From NCBI GenBank assembly GCA_041562415.1, contig JBFEXY010000001.1:1-34833 (forward strand): 34,833 nt of DNA, given 5' to 3'. Made by a program: the position numbers and the translations under genes. The notes beneath the pieces are model-generated. The model was not told the DNA's origin, searched no databases, and was given only the letters and a program-made list of their open reading frames with translations. Source of the DNA: Woeseiaceae bacterium. GTDB lineage: Bacteria > Pseudomonadota > Gammaproteobacteria > Steroidobacterales > Woeseiaceae. Shown here in pieces: positions 19,001 through 27,628 of this stretch (positions are counted from its first letter, which is position 1; each line of letters begins with the position of its first letter).

Positions 19001-19563
19001 AAGAAGTCGATGCGCACGGGCGTCGCCGAGCCCATCGGAAATACGTCGATCAGCGAGCCACGGACTGCGAATTCACCGTGCTCGGTTACCTGCGGAACCC
19101 GCAGGTAACCTGCCGACGTCAACGATTCCGTGAAATCGTCGTGGGACAGTTGCTGGCCATTGCGCAACGACAGCGAGCGGGCGGCAACGTAGTCCAGTGG
19201 CGGCAGCCGCTGCAGCAGCGCTGACGCCGGAGCAACGATGACGCCGCGTCGCATCGATGGCAGTTTCGACAGGACGAGGAGGCGCTGCGAGACGATGTCC
19301 TGGTGAGGTGAAAAACTGTCCCAGGGCAGGGTTTCCCATTCGACGAAATGCAGTACCGGAAATGACCCGCCGGCGAAGAAGCGCAGTTCGGCCTCCAGTT
19401 GATCGGCGTGGCGCGGATCGTCGGCGAGTACCAGCAGGGGTGCGTCGGCCTGGCGTGCGAGTTCCGCGAATGCGAGAGAAGCGCTCGCCCCGACGAGGCT
19501 GCCCCAGCCGGCATTGCGGCGGGACGCCAGGGCTTCCGCTATCAGGAATTTGGTTTCGGACAC
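16093..19563 (-). CDS. mfd: Transcription-repair coupling factor Mfd
   Basis: WETLPWDSFSPHQDIVSQRL (UvrB-homology region), GDVGFGKTEVALRA (helicase motif I), DEEHRFG (motif II) and the TRG motif region. GTG 19563 gives 1156 aa and is the last in-frame start before the conserved N-terminus. The track's TTG at 19746 would read through an inverted-repeat element. Confidence 0.95.
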   Translation of the reverse strand: MSETKFLIAEALASRRNAGWGSLVGASASLAFAELARQADAPLLVLADDPRHADQLEAELRFFAGGSFPVLHFVEWETLPWDSFSPHQDIVSQRLLVLSKLPSMRRGVIVAPASALLQRLPPLDYVAARSLSLRNGQQLSHDDFTESLTSAGYLRVPQVTEHGEFAVRGSLIDVFPMGSATPVRIDFFDDEIESLRYFSAESQISGDTISSIELLPAREVPLDDDAIRVFRSRYRERFEGQPSRSRVYREVSEGIAHGGIEYYLPLFFEQTAGLADYLAEDCIVIRPDGLAGLLERTWAEIEERHELCSLDPERPVLDPGETFAAADTVTSQLERRRNVRYSAQSLAEDPDVRNLPTRMPPALRVEARYEDPAGALMHFLESFEGRVLFTTDSAGRREQVYELLSGRSLDLVRVDQWSEFAAGSHRIGVAIAPLENGVLLPDARLAIISEQQLFGDRVRTSRRRRRAERDPEAIIRQLDDLEEGSPVVHAEYGVGRYIGLITLDVGGIQGEFLHLEYADGDKLYVPVHALELISRYTGTSPENAPLHRLGSDQWEKARQRAISKIRDAAAELLDIYARRAARTGYRFHWSEADYRAFESGFPFDPTDDQARTIDEVLEDLASGEPMDRIVCGDVGFGKTEVALRATFAVVHGGKQVAVLVPTTLLAQQHGQNFRDRFADWPVRIEVLSRFQSPKQVRGIVDGMKSGAVDVVIGTHKLLQHTKSFKDVGLVIIDEEHRFGVRNKEAIRSLRSDVDVLTLTATPIPRTLNMAMGGIRDMSLITTPPAERLSVKTFVGEWNDVVIREACLREIKRGGQVYFVHNRVEDIGRIGEHLEKLVPEATLRVGHGQMPERELEQVMLDFYHRRFNVLLCTTIIESGIDVPTANTIIINRADRFGLAQLHQLRGRVGRSHHRAYAYLVAPPKAAMTADAVKRLEAIDSLEDLGSGFTLATHDLEIRGAGELLGDEQSGQIQEIGFSLYTELLARAVESLRSGREPDLDKPLDAGVDINLHVAALLPDDYVPDVHLRLMLYKRISGTKTAAELRELQVELIDRFGLLPDATKNLMRIAALKQRAAALGIEKIDAADTGGYLVFGDDSRIDPVALVQLVQNDSRSYRLQGSHRLSFRLDLTDVEARFRAIEDLMGMLAPKQGSEQTG

Positions 19564-19591
19564 GACGGGGGCAACCGGGAACGGGCCCGCG

Positions 19592-19620
19592 ATTATAGTC
19601 GCGCCGCCCGAGTCTCTCCA
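19592..19620 (-). promoter_or_regulatory. Possible sigma-70 promoter for mfd
   Basis: On the minus strand: TGGAGA (19620-19615), a 17-nt spacer, then a perfect TATAAT (19597-19592), which ends 28 nt upstream of GTG 19563. Confidence 0.3.
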
Positions 19621-19696
19621 CACGGTCTGTTCGACCAAACTGCGGCAGGGCTCCCCGACCCGCGATTTGTCGGAATGCAAGAAGCCCGGTCTGCGG

Positions 19697-19851
19697 CATT
19701 TGTCTCCCTCATGGCTCGCTGCGCTCGCTTTAGGCCTCGTCGACAAATGCCCCGAACCGGGTTTCGGGACGACCTGGCAGGCATCGAGGCGCCCGGGGCG
19801 TTTTTCGACCGAAGTAAACCGCAGCGAAGCGAGCCATGAGGGAGAGAAATG
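19697..19851. repeat. 155-bp intergenic element bounded by 24-bp near-perfect inverted repeats (MITE/REP-like or long hairpin)
   Basis: CATTTGTCTCCCTCATGGCTCGCT (19697-19720) against the reverse complement of 19828-19851 (CATTTCTCTCCCTCATGGCTCGCT): 23 of 24 identical. Further imperfect pairing extends inward (GCCTCG/CGAGGC, TTTA/TAAA). Confidence 0.6.
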
Positions 19852-19920
19852 ACCCGGGCGCCTGTAATGATCTCATTCAGGAGCGGGTCGGGCCCGGCTC
19901 CCGGGGGGGTGTTCGGGGGA

Positions 19921-19949
19921 AATGAAAACGCCCGGGCGGTGCCCGGGCG
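19921..19949 (-). terminator. Rho-independent terminator of the small secreted-protein gene
   Basis: Minus-strand RNA reads CGCCCGGGC-ACC-GCCCGGGCG followed by UUUUCAUUU. It starts ~27 nt after the TAG stop at 19976-19978. Confidence 0.75.
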
Positions 19950-19975
19950 CCGGAGTTCGCGGAGGAGAAATTCGC

Positions 19976-20251
19976 CTAGCGCTTGAGGACGGCGTGGATT
20001 ACGCGGTCGTATTCGAAATAGACCGTGAAACCCTGGTATTCCCAGCGAGAGATTGGCGGATCGCCCACCGCTGCCTTCTTCGACACCGGGCTGCCGTACT
20101 TCGATTCGACCTGGGCCTGGGTCGTGCCGCGCACGGGGCGCGAGCCGTCTTCGCCTGCGCTGATGCCCGAGGTCTTCAGCGTGTCCGCATTGGCGCTTGC
20201 CATCAGACCGAAGGCCAGACCGAGAATTGTGAGTAAACGCAGCTTCTGCAT
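19976..20251 (-). CDS. Small secreted protein of unknown function (signal peptide, 91 aa)
   Basis: MQKLRLLTILGLAFGLMASANA|DT is a Sec signal with an AxA cleavage site. The mature part has a conserved-looking PPISRWEYQGFTVYFEYDRVIHAV. The gene has its own terminator. Confidence 0.6.
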   Translation of the reverse strand: MQKLRLLTILGLAFGLMASANADTLKTSGISAGEDGSRPVRGTTQAQVESKYGSPVSKKAAVGDPPISRWEYQGFTVYFEYDRVIHAVLKR

Positions 20252-20426
20252 GATGCCTCTCCAAGTGCTTGCCGAAGCAATATAGCACCGGCGGCCGGGT
20301 CAAAAAACAGGATCGATGTCCGTTTGCAGCCCGAGACGGGTGCAAAACGCGCGTATTGAGAAGTGTGTCACAGTTTGGTCGGGCTGGAACAGCATGAACT
20401 GCCGCCCGTCCTTTGTGGTTTAATGC

Positions 20427-21674
20427 GTGTCGATGATCAATCCCGTTGAACTCTTTATCGGGCTTCGTTACCTGCGCGCGAAGCGCCGCACCCGATTCGT
20501 TTCATTCATCACGCTCATATCGCTGATTGGTATTGCGTTGGGCGTTGCCGCGCTGATCGTCATTCTTTCCGTGATGAACGGCTTCGAAGGCGAACTGCGC
20601 AGCAGGCTGCTGAGCATGTCGGCGCACGGTTTCGTAACGGGAAACCACGGCGTAACCAGTGACTGGCGGCAACTCGTCAGCGACGTGGAGGCAGAGGACG
20701 GAGTTGCTGCGGCGGCGCCGGTCGTCGAACTCGAAGGAATGATCCAGTCCGGTCGCGACCTGAGGGCCGTTATCGTGCACGGCATCGAGCCCGGGTACGA
20801 AGATCGCCTGTCCGGCGACGTCATCAACCTCGTCGAGGGTGAGTTGTCGAACCTGCAACCCGGCAGCCGCGGCATCATTCTTGGGCGGGTACTTGCCTAC
20901 GATCTCGGCGTGCGGATCGGCGACGGGGTCGTCTTGCTGGTTCCACGGCCTGTCGGCGACGGAACCATTGAACCGGTGCTCGAGCGCTTCGTCATGACGG
21001 GTGTCTTCGAGGCGGGTCTGCAGGATCACGACAGTATTCTCGCGCTTGTAAACGCATACGACGCCGCGGGGGTCCTGGATCTCGGAGATGAAGTCACTGC
21101 CGTTCGCTTTCGGGCTCATGATGTCATGGCTGCGCCGGCTATCTCGAAGAGGCTGGTGCAGCGACTCGACGGCGTGACGGCCAGCGACTGGACTGTCGAG
21201 AACGCAAGCTACTTTCGGGCGATCAAGCTCGAGAAGATGATGATGTCGCTGATTCTCTCGCTGATTATCGGTGTCGCAGCATTCAATATAGTCGCCAGCC
21301 TCGTAATGGTCGTAACCGACAAGACGAATGATATTGCCATCCTGCGAACCTTGGGTATGGGTCCCAACGGAGTGGTGCGTGTCTTCTTCGTACAAGGTGC
21401 GATGATTGGCTGGGCGGGCGTGCTCGTCGGTGTGTTGCTCGGCATCATTCTCGCTATCAATGTGCCCGTCATCGTGCCCGTACTCGAGCAGCTGTTCGGC
21501 TTCCAGATCATGCCCGGGGACGTCTATTACGTAACGCGCATCCCCTCGGAACTCGAGTGGCCAGACGTCGCAGTCATATCGATCGCCGCATTCCTGCTGA
21601 CCTCGCTGGCCACGCTGTATCCGGCGCGGCGTGCGGCCCTCGTCAATCCGGCTGCCGCCCTGAGGTACGAATAG
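20427..21674 (+). CDS. lolC: Lipoprotein-releasing system permease (LolC/LolE family), first copy
   Basis: LFIGLRYLRAKRR..FVSFITLISLIGIALGVAALIVILSVMNGFEGELRSRLL is a typical LolC/E N-terminus, and a FtsX-like C-terminal 3-TM domain is present. 415 aa. The start could be ATG 20433. Confidence 0.85.
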   Translation: MSMINPVELFIGLRYLRAKRRTRFVSFITLISLIGIALGVAALIVILSVMNGFEGELRSRLLSMSAHGFVTGNHGVTSDWRQLVSDVEAEDGVAAAAPVVELEGMIQSGRDLRAVIVHGIEPGYEDRLSGDVINLVEGELSNLQPGSRGIILGRVLAYDLGVRIGDGVVLLVPRPVGDGTIEPVLERFVMTGVFEAGLQDHDSILALVNAYDAAGVLDLGDEVTAVRFRAHDVMAAPAISKRLVQRLDGVTASDWTVENASYFRAIKLEKMMMSLILSLIIGVAAFNIVASLVMVVTDKTNDIAILRTLGMGPNGVVRVFFVQGAMIGWAGVLVGVLLGIILAINVPVIVPVLEQLFGFQIMPGDVYYVTRIPSELEWPDVAVISIAAFLLTSLATLYPARRAALVNPAAALRYE

Positions 21675-21679
21675 TCGTC

Positions 21680-22927
21680 GTGGCCAGGCGGTATGAAACG
21701 TGGATCGGCAGCCGGTACGTGCGCTCGCGCAGCGCCAATAGTTTCGTATCTCTCATATCGGCGATTTCGATGCTCGGCATTGCTATCGCGGTATCGGTAT
21801 TGATCATCGTGTTATCGGTAGTTAACGGTTTCGAGCGGGAGCTCAAGGATCGCCTGCTTGCAATGACCGCGCACGCAAGTATCGAGGGTGTCGAGGGCGA
21901 GCTCGAAGAATGGCAGGACCTGCAGGCCACCGCTGCCAGGAATCCCAGGGTTACTGCATCGGCGCCCTACGTGAGCGGCCAGGCGCTGATGGTCTTCGGC
22001 GAAAAGCTGAGCGGTGCGGAAATCCGCGGTATCGATCCGGCGCAGGAAGATGCGGTGTCGGGCGTAGCGCAGCTGATGCTCGAGGGCGAGCTGGCAAGCC
22101 TGGAGTCCGGAGAGTTCAACGCCGTGCTGGGCGTGGAACTGGCGAAAGAACTGCAGGTTGGTGTCGGTGACAAGGTGACAGTAACGCTTGCCGAGGGCAT
22201 CGTGACACCCGCCGGTGTCGTCCCCAGGACCAAGCGATTCACTGTGAGCGGTATTTATCGCGTCGGCATGTACGAATTCGACCGCCGCCTCGCCTTCATC
22301 AACATCGGCGACGCGCAGAAGCTGTATCGAAAGAGAGACACGGTGACGGGCGTCAGGCTGTCGGTTACGGAGATCTTCGACGCCAATGCGATAGTCCGCG
22401 AGGTCGCGCTCGAGCACGGTGCACTCGTGCTGATCAGCGACTGGACTCGCCGTCACGTAAATTTCTTTCGGTCTATCCAGATAACCAAGTCGATACTTTT
22501 CGTCATCCTGTTGCTGGTCGTGGCTGTTGCCGCGTTCAACATCGTTTCCACACTGGTGATGGTGGTAAAGGAGAAGCAGGCGGACATCGCCATACTTCGC
22601 ACGGTGGGTGCGCGACCCTCGAGTATCCTCAGGATCTTCGTGACGCAGGGCAGCGTGATCGGTATCGTCGGCACGCTGGCCGGCATATTCTTCGGCGTTC
22701 TGCTTGCGATCAACCTGGAGGCGGTGGTGACACAACTCGAAGCGCTATTCGGCATCAAGTTCCTGGCAGCGGAGGTGTATTTCATCAGCGACCTGCCGTC
22801 CGAGCTGCGCGTGGCTGATGTCGTAAAAATCGGATTGATCGCACTCGTACTGGCGCTGGTATCCACGCTTTACCCGGCATGGGTCGCTGCGCGGACGGCG
22901 CCGGCGGAGGCGTTGCGCTATGACTGA
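21680..22927 (+). CDS. lolE: Lipoprotein-releasing system permease (LolC/LolE family), second copy
   Basis: [52 protein letters not shown], paralogous to the preceding gene. GTG 21680 lies just after the lolC stop and also gives 415 aa. The C versus E assignment is tentative. Confidence 0.8.
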   Translation: MARRYETWIGSRYVRSRSANSFVSLISAISMLGIAIAVSVLIIVLSVVNGFERELKDRLLAMTAHASIEGVEGELEEWQDLQATAARNPRVTASAPYVSGQALMVFGEKLSGAEIRGIDPAQEDAVSGVAQLMLEGELASLESGEFNAVLGVELAKELQVGVGDKVTVTLAEGIVTPAGVVPRTKRFTVSGIYRVGMYEFDRRLAFINIGDAQKLYRKRDTVTGVRLSVTEIFDANAIVREVALEHGALVLISDWTRRHVNFFRSIQITKSILFVILLLVVAVAAFNIVSTLVMVVKEKQADIAILRTVGARPSSILRIFVTQGSVIGIVGTLAGIFFGVLLAINLEAVVTQLEALFGIKFLAAEVYFISDLPSELRVADVVKIGLIALVLALVSTLYPAWVAARTAPAEALRYD

Positions 22928-23612
22928 CAGCAATCGCAACGTGCTGGAATGCCGCGGCGTCGTGAGGCGATTCAGGGAGGGCGATTCGGTACTGGAGGTT
23001 CTCCGTGGCGTCGATCTGGAGGTGGCGCCAGCCGAGCGCGTCGCCATCATCGGCACGTCGGGCTCCGGCAAGACCACGCTTTTACAGATCATGGGTGGTC
23101 TTGACGATCCCGATGAAGGCGTCGTGCTGGTCGACGGCGTGGCGATGCACGGAGGCGACGAGAAGGCCAAAGGAGACCTGCGCAATCGATACATAGGTTT
23201 CGTGTACCAGTTTCACCACCTGTTGCCGGAGTTCACGGCCGAGGAAAACGTCGCGATGCCGTTGCTTATCCGTCGCGAGCACAGGCCTGACGCGCTCGCC
23301 AAAGCCCGCGACCTTCTCGGCCGCGTCGGACTCGGAGAGCGCCTCACACACAAGCCCGGCGAGTTGTCGGGAGGCGAGCGCCAGCGCGCAGCCGTGGCAC
23401 GCGCCCTGATAACGCGGCCGCAACTGGTACTTGCGGATGAGCCGACGGGCAATCTCGACGCGGGCAACGGCGAGCACGTCCTCAACCTAATGCTGGAACT
23501 GAACCGCGAGATGCGCACCAGTCTCGTCATCGTTACCCACGATCACTCGATCGCGAAACGAATGGACCGGGTCCTCGTCCTGGAAGACGGGCGACTGGTC
23601 GAGCAGCCTTAG
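22920..23612 (+). CDS. lolD: Lipoprotein-releasing system ATP-binding protein
   Basis: Walker [11 protein letters not shown], signature LSGGERQR, Walker [13 protein letters not shown]. The ATG overlaps the lolE stop by 8 nt. Confidence 0.92.
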   Translation: MTDSNRNVLECRGVVRRFREGDSVLEVLRGVDLEVAPAERVAIIGTSGSGKTTLLQIMGGLDDPDEGVVLVDGVAMHGGDEKAKGDLRNRYIGFVYQFHHLLPEFTAEENVAMPLLIRREHRPDALAKARDLLGRVGLGERLTHKPGELSGGERQRAAVARALITRPQLVLADEPTGNLDAGNGEHVLNLMLELNREMRTSLVIVTHDHSIAKRMDRVLVLEDGRLVEQP

Positions 23613-23613
23613 G

Positions 23614-24141
23614 TCAGATTTCCCGGTCCCGCCGCTGTTTGCGCTTGCGGCTCTTGTACTGGCCCAGTGAACTTCGCCAGACGAGGTCGAGCGTAAGGTA
23701 AGCGAGGAGCGCTGCCGACGTGCCGAGCAGCACGCAGCCAAGCAGCATCGGCTGCCAGATGTTCACGAACGTGTGGGTAACCCAGTCGAAGGACATTTCA
23801 ATTTCAAACGGCTTCTGCTCTACGCCGAGTAGCAACACGCCGAGTTGGTACGCGAAGAAATACATTGGGCCCATGGTCAGCGGATTGCTGATAAACGTTG
23901 TCAGTGCCGCGATCGGGATATTCACGCGCAGTGCGAGTGCCGCGAACGTAGCCCAGAGCGGGTGTCCCGGAAAGGGCATGAATGCGAAGAACACTCCCAG
24001 CGCGACGGCAGGTACGACATTCTTGCGGCGTATGCTCCACAGGCGATGATCGTGCATCAGGTGACGGAACGGCGCGAGAAACCACTTGTCCCCGTAATCG
24101 TGGCGTTTGAATGCAAACTTCCTGAAAAAGCGTCTTGGCAT
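23614..24141 (-). CDS. DUF2062-family membrane protein
   Basis: MPRRFFRKFAF..., then HRLWSIRRKNVVPAVALGVFFAFMPFPGHPLWA and NPLTMGPMYFFAYQLG, typical of DUF2062. Divergent from comEC. I prefer ATG 24141 over the track start at 24216. Confidence 0.75.
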   Translation of the reverse strand: MPRRFFRKFAFKRHDYGDKWFLAPFRHLMHDHRLWSIRRKNVVPAVALGVFFAFMPFPGHPLWATFAALALRVNIPIAALTTFISNPLTMGPMYFFAYQLGVLLLGVEQKPFEIEMSFDWVTHTFVNIWQPMLLGCVLLGTSAALLAYLTLDLVWRSSLGQYKSRKRKQRRDREI

Positions 24142-24208
24142 TCGTCGTTGTTTCCGATTACCTGAGCAGGGCGATCCCTGAGTCTGCGGCCGATGCGACA
24201 GCCACGCG

Positions 24209-26494
24209 ATGATCAAATCCTGTTTGAGCCTGCTGGCAGGTGCTTACGCGCTGCACTTTACCAGCTTTGTCTCCAATTACGTTCTACTACCGGCGGCATT
24301 GTTCGGCGCCGTTTTCGCGTGGCTCGCCGGGGGACGCCGGGCGACCGCCTGGTTCACCGCCGGGTTTGGCGTTTTCATGTTGCATGGGGTGCATGTAGTC
24401 GACCTCCGGCTCCCGCCGAAGTTCGAGGGCGACAGCATGCTGACGGTGCTCCAGATCACCAGTTTCCCACGCCACAGTGGCGACACGATCAGCCTGGTCG
24501 CGCGGCCGGTCGACGATCCGCGAATTCCGCCGAGAGTGCGCCTGAGCTGGTATAAGGCCGCTGAACGTCCACAAATCGGCGACGTATGGCAGCTGGAAGT
24601 GAGGCTGCGGCGGCCGCGCGGAACGAGCAATCCCGGGGTGTTCGACTACGAGGCCTGGCTGTTCCGGGAGCGCGTCGGTGCGACGGGTTACGTCGTCGAC
24701 GGGCCGCGCAATCTGCGGCTGCAACGAGAAGCCGGCAGTTCGTTAGACCGCCTGCGGCAGCGGATCGTCCGGCGGCTGGGAACGGTCCTCGAGGACACAG
24801 ATACGGCGGCGGTCGTTGCGGCGATTTCCGTCGGCGCGCGGCACGGCATCTCGGCGGAGCGGTGGCTGCGATACTCGAAGTCCGGAACCAGCCACCTGAT
24901 GGCCATCTCGGGACTGCATGTTGGCCTCGCGGCAACGGCCGCCTGGTTTCTGATCGTTGTGGGCTGCGCCGCGATGCGTCTTGGCGGCAACCATTTGAAG
25001 ATCGCCTGGCTTGGCGCACTGGTCGTTGCGGCCGGTTATGCCTTCCTGTCAGGTTTCGCCGTGCCGGCTCGACGAGCAAGCCTGATGATGCTCCTGCTGG
25101 TAACCGCAATACTACGGTCACGAGAGCCGCGCCCGTTTGCAGTTCTTGCCGCTGTCTGTGTTCTGGTCGTTGCAGTCGACCCGCTCACCACGCTGGCACC
25201 CGGGTTTCAGCTTTCGTTTGCGGCCGTGTTCCTGCTGCTATGGTTCGCAAGGCGCCGGACCACAGTTCCGAATCGCCCCGGGATAGTGCGGCTCGTGGGC
25301 AGCGTGATTCAACTCGCGGCAGTGCAGGTATTCCTGCTGTTCGGGCTAATGCCGTTGACGGTGACGAATTTCGGCCGCGTGTCTTTTGTCGCGCCGCTGG
25401 TGAATTTTGTCGCCGTGCCGCTTTTCAGCATCGTGACCGTGCCGCTCGCACTTGCCGGTGTGGCACTCGACGGACCCCTCGCCATCGCCGGCGACGCAGC
25501 TCTGCGTGGGTCGGGCGCGAGTGTCGAATTACTGCAATGGCTCATCGACCTCGCAATATTAGTCCCGTACGGAGCGGTTGCCACGACGTCTATCGACGGC
25601 ATCAATGGCATCTGTCTCGCGTCTGTGATTGCCTGGGTTGCTCTGCCGACAGCCTGGCCCGGCCGCCACGTCGCGCTGCTGGCCGCACTCGTGCTTGCTG
25701 CAAACCGGGTGGAGGGCCCACCCGATGGCTGCGTCGACGTGCGCATGCTGGATGTAGGACATGGGCTCGCTGTCGTCGCACGTACCCGCCAGCGGACGCT
25801 GCTGTACGACACGGGCGCCGCGTATCCTGGCGGCGGTGACATGGCAAGCCGTGTGGTTTTGCCCTACCTGTCGGCCCAGGGCATCCGGAGAATCGACCGG
25901 CTTATCGTGTCGCACTCGGATATCGATCACTCCGGCGGCACAGCCTCCGTCCTCGCCAGTATCGATACAGAGTCGGTACTGGCAGGAGAGCCGGACTCGC
26001 TGGCTGCAGGACGGGGAACTGCCTGTCAGCGGGGCCAGGCATGGCGCTGGGACGGGGTCACATTCCGGGTATTGCATCCGCCTGCCGATGCAGGGCTCTC
26101 GGGCAACGATGCGTCCTGCGTCATTCTGGTCGCGGCCGGAGACGCACGCCTGCTGCTAACCGGTGATATCGAGCATGGTGCCGAACGGGCGCTAACAGAA
26201 TCCGGTGAGCCGGGCGGCGTCGATGCCGTCCTCGTACCGCATCACGGCAGCATCACGTCCTCGAGCGTCGACTTCGTGAGCGCCGTATCTGCGGAAGTTG
26301 CGCTCGTCTCAGCCGGGTACCGGAATCGCTGGAGTTTGCCGCGTCCTCAAGTCGTCAGGCGCTGGCAGGAGTCCGGTGCGACGGTGCTTGTTTCTGCGCG
26401 CGATGGCGCGATCGGACTCAGGCTCTGCGATCAGACCGGAATCGCCCGACTGACGCGGCATCGTCCGCATAGCCGCAGGCTGTGGCACGAGTAG
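24209..26494 (+). CDS. comEC: DNA internalization-related competence protein ComEC/Rec2
   Basis: Polytopic competence domain (SGTSHLMAISGLHVG) plus a C-terminal metallo-beta-lactamase domain (MLDVGHGLAVV, VSHSDIDHSGG, VPHHGS). 761 aa. Confidence 0.9.
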   Translation: MIKSCLSLLAGAYALHFTSFVSNYVLLPAALFGAVFAWLAGGRRATAWFTAGFGVFMLHGVHVVDLRLPPKFEGDSMLTVLQITSFPRHSGDTISLVARPVDDPRIPPRVRLSWYKAAERPQIGDVWQLEVRLRRPRGTSNPGVFDYEAWLFRERVGATGYVVDGPRNLRLQREAGSSLDRLRQRIVRRLGTVLEDTDTAAVVAAISVGARHGISAERWLRYSKSGTSHLMAISGLHVGLAATAAWFLIVVGCAAMRLGGNHLKIAWLGALVVAAGYAFLSGFAVPARRASLMMLLLVTAILRSREPRPFAVLAAVCVLVVAVDPLTTLAPGFQLSFAAVFLLLWFARRRTTVPNRPGIVRLVGSVIQLAAVQVFLLFGLMPLTVTNFGRVSFVAPLVNFVAVPLFSIVTVPLALAGVALDGPLAIAGDAALRGSGASVELLQWLIDLAILVPYGAVATTSIDGINGICLASVIAWVALPTAWPGRHVALLAALVLAANRVEGPPDGCVDVRMLDVGHGLAVVARTRQRTLLYDTGAAYPGGGDMASRVVLPYLSAQGIRRIDRLIVSHSDIDHSGGTASVLASIDTESVLAGEPDSLAAGRGTACQRGQAWRWDGVTFRVLHPPADAGLSGNDASCVILVAAGDARLLLTGDIEHGAERALTESGEPGGVDAVLVPHHGSITSSSVDFVSAVSAEVALVSAGYRNRWSLPRPQVVRRWQESGATVLVSARDGAIGLRLCDQTGIARLTRHRPHSRRLWHE

Positions 26495-26565
26495 CCGGTT
26501 CGATGAGCGGGGAGAATTTTCGATCCCGGCGCTGTATATTTCATTTTTCCCCCGAGTCCGATCGT

Positions 26566-27186
26566 ATGGTTGAAATCGTCAAATCCGGTGGCTGGCTGAT
26601 GGCGCCGATCATCCTTTGCGCCATCATCGCCATGGGTATCATCCTGGAGCGCTTCTGGACGCTACAGCAAAAGCGCGTGATTCCGGAAGATCTGACCAGC
26701 AAGGTCTGGGGCTGGGTAAAGAAAGACCAGCTAGACCAGAAGCAGATCCAGAGCCTGCACCAGGGTTCGCCACTGGGACAGATTCTTGCGGCGGGGCTCA
26801 TCAATCGCGACCGTGAGCGGGCGGTCATGAAAGACAGCATCGAAGACACCGGGCGACACGTTGTGCACGAGCTCGAGCGCTACCTCGAAACGCTTGGCAC
26901 GGTGGCGGCCATTTCGCCTCTGCTGGGACTGTTGGGCACGGTCATCGGCATGGTGAAAGTATTCACCGCTATTACCACGCACGGGGTTGGCAATCCCACC
27001 GCGCTCGCCGGCGGCATTGCCGAAGCACTGATCACGACCGCCGCCGGACTGACTGTCGCGATACCGGCGCTTATCGGCTATCGCTACTACCGAAATCGTG
27101 TCGACACGCTGGTCGTGAACATGGAGAAAGAAGCGATCAAGCTGGTCGAGGCGCTGCACCGTCGGCAGCAGAAGGGCGGCGAATGA
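26566..27186 (+). CDS. exbB: MotA/TolQ/ExbB-family proton channel protein
   Basis: SPLLGLLGTVIGMVKVF and AGGIAEALITTAAGLTVAIPALIGY motifs. I prefer ATG 26566; the track start at 26482 overlaps comEC. Confidence 0.88.
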   Translation: MVEIVKSGGWLMAPIILCAIIAMGIILERFWTLQQKRVIPEDLTSKVWGWVKKDQLDQKQIQSLHQGSPLGQILAAGLINRDRERAVMKDSIEDTGRHVVHELERYLETLGTVAAISPLLGLLGTVIGMVKVFTAITTHGVGNPTALAGGIAEALITTAAGLTVAIPALIGYRYYRNRVDTLVVNMEKEAIKLVEALHRRQQKGGE

Positions 27187-27608
27187 GACTCAGTGTTCGG
27201 CCGAAATCGCAGCCCGAGGTCAACCTGACCTCGCTGATAGATGTCGTGTTGCTGCTGCTGATCTTCTTCATGGTATCCACGAGTTTCGTGAAGCAATCGC
27301 AGATCCAGCTGCGTCTTCCCGAGGCGGACAGTCCCGCGATTGTCGAGGAGACACCGGACCAGATCGACATCATGATTACCGAGGTTGGTACCTACTTCGT
27401 GAATGGCCGCGAACTCATCAATACCCGGCCCGAGACTATCCGCAATGCGCTGCAGAAGATATCCGGCGGCAACAACCAGCTGCCGCTGACGATTAGCGCG
27501 GACGCCAATGCCAAGCACCAGTATGTCGTCACGGCCATGGATGTGGCCGGTCGTCTCGGCTTTACCCAGATCAACATCGCAACCGTCAACGATACGGCCG
27601 ACGACTAG
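27183..27608 (+). CDS. exbD: ExbD/TolR-family biopolymer transport protein
   Basis: EVNLTSLIDVVLLLLIFFMV carries the conserved TM Asp. 141 aa. ATGA overlap with exbB. Confidence 0.88.
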   Translation: MRLSVRPKSQPEVNLTSLIDVVLLLLIFFMVSTSFVKQSQIQLRLPEADSPAIVEETPDQIDIMITEVGTYFVNGRELINTRPETIRNALQKISGGNNQLPLTISADANAKHQYVVTAMDVAGRLGFTQINIATVNDTADD

Positions 27609-27628
27609 GCGCAAACGGGAGACCACCC

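Noticed and set aside
19564-19746. N-terminal 61-codon extension of mfd from TTG 19746
   Set aside because: The extension has no Mfd homology. It would run through the inverted-repeat element and over a perfect TATAAT at 19597-19592. GTG 19563 gives a normal Mfd length, although it lacks a clear SD, so the start remains uncertain.
19593-20345. 250-aa minus-strand ORF spanning the mfd-upstream region and the small secreted-protein gene
   Set aside because: It crosses a strong terminator hairpin and the inverted-repeat element, has an Arg/Gly/Pro-rich composition, and overlaps a better-supported signal-peptide ORF in another frame.
24586-25839. 417-aa Arg/Ala-rich ORF on the plus strand
   Set aside because: It is an alternative frame entirely inside comEC. 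Its low-complexity Arg/Ala/Gly composition is typical of off-frame ORFs in GC-rich DNA, whereas the comEC frame has clear family motifs.
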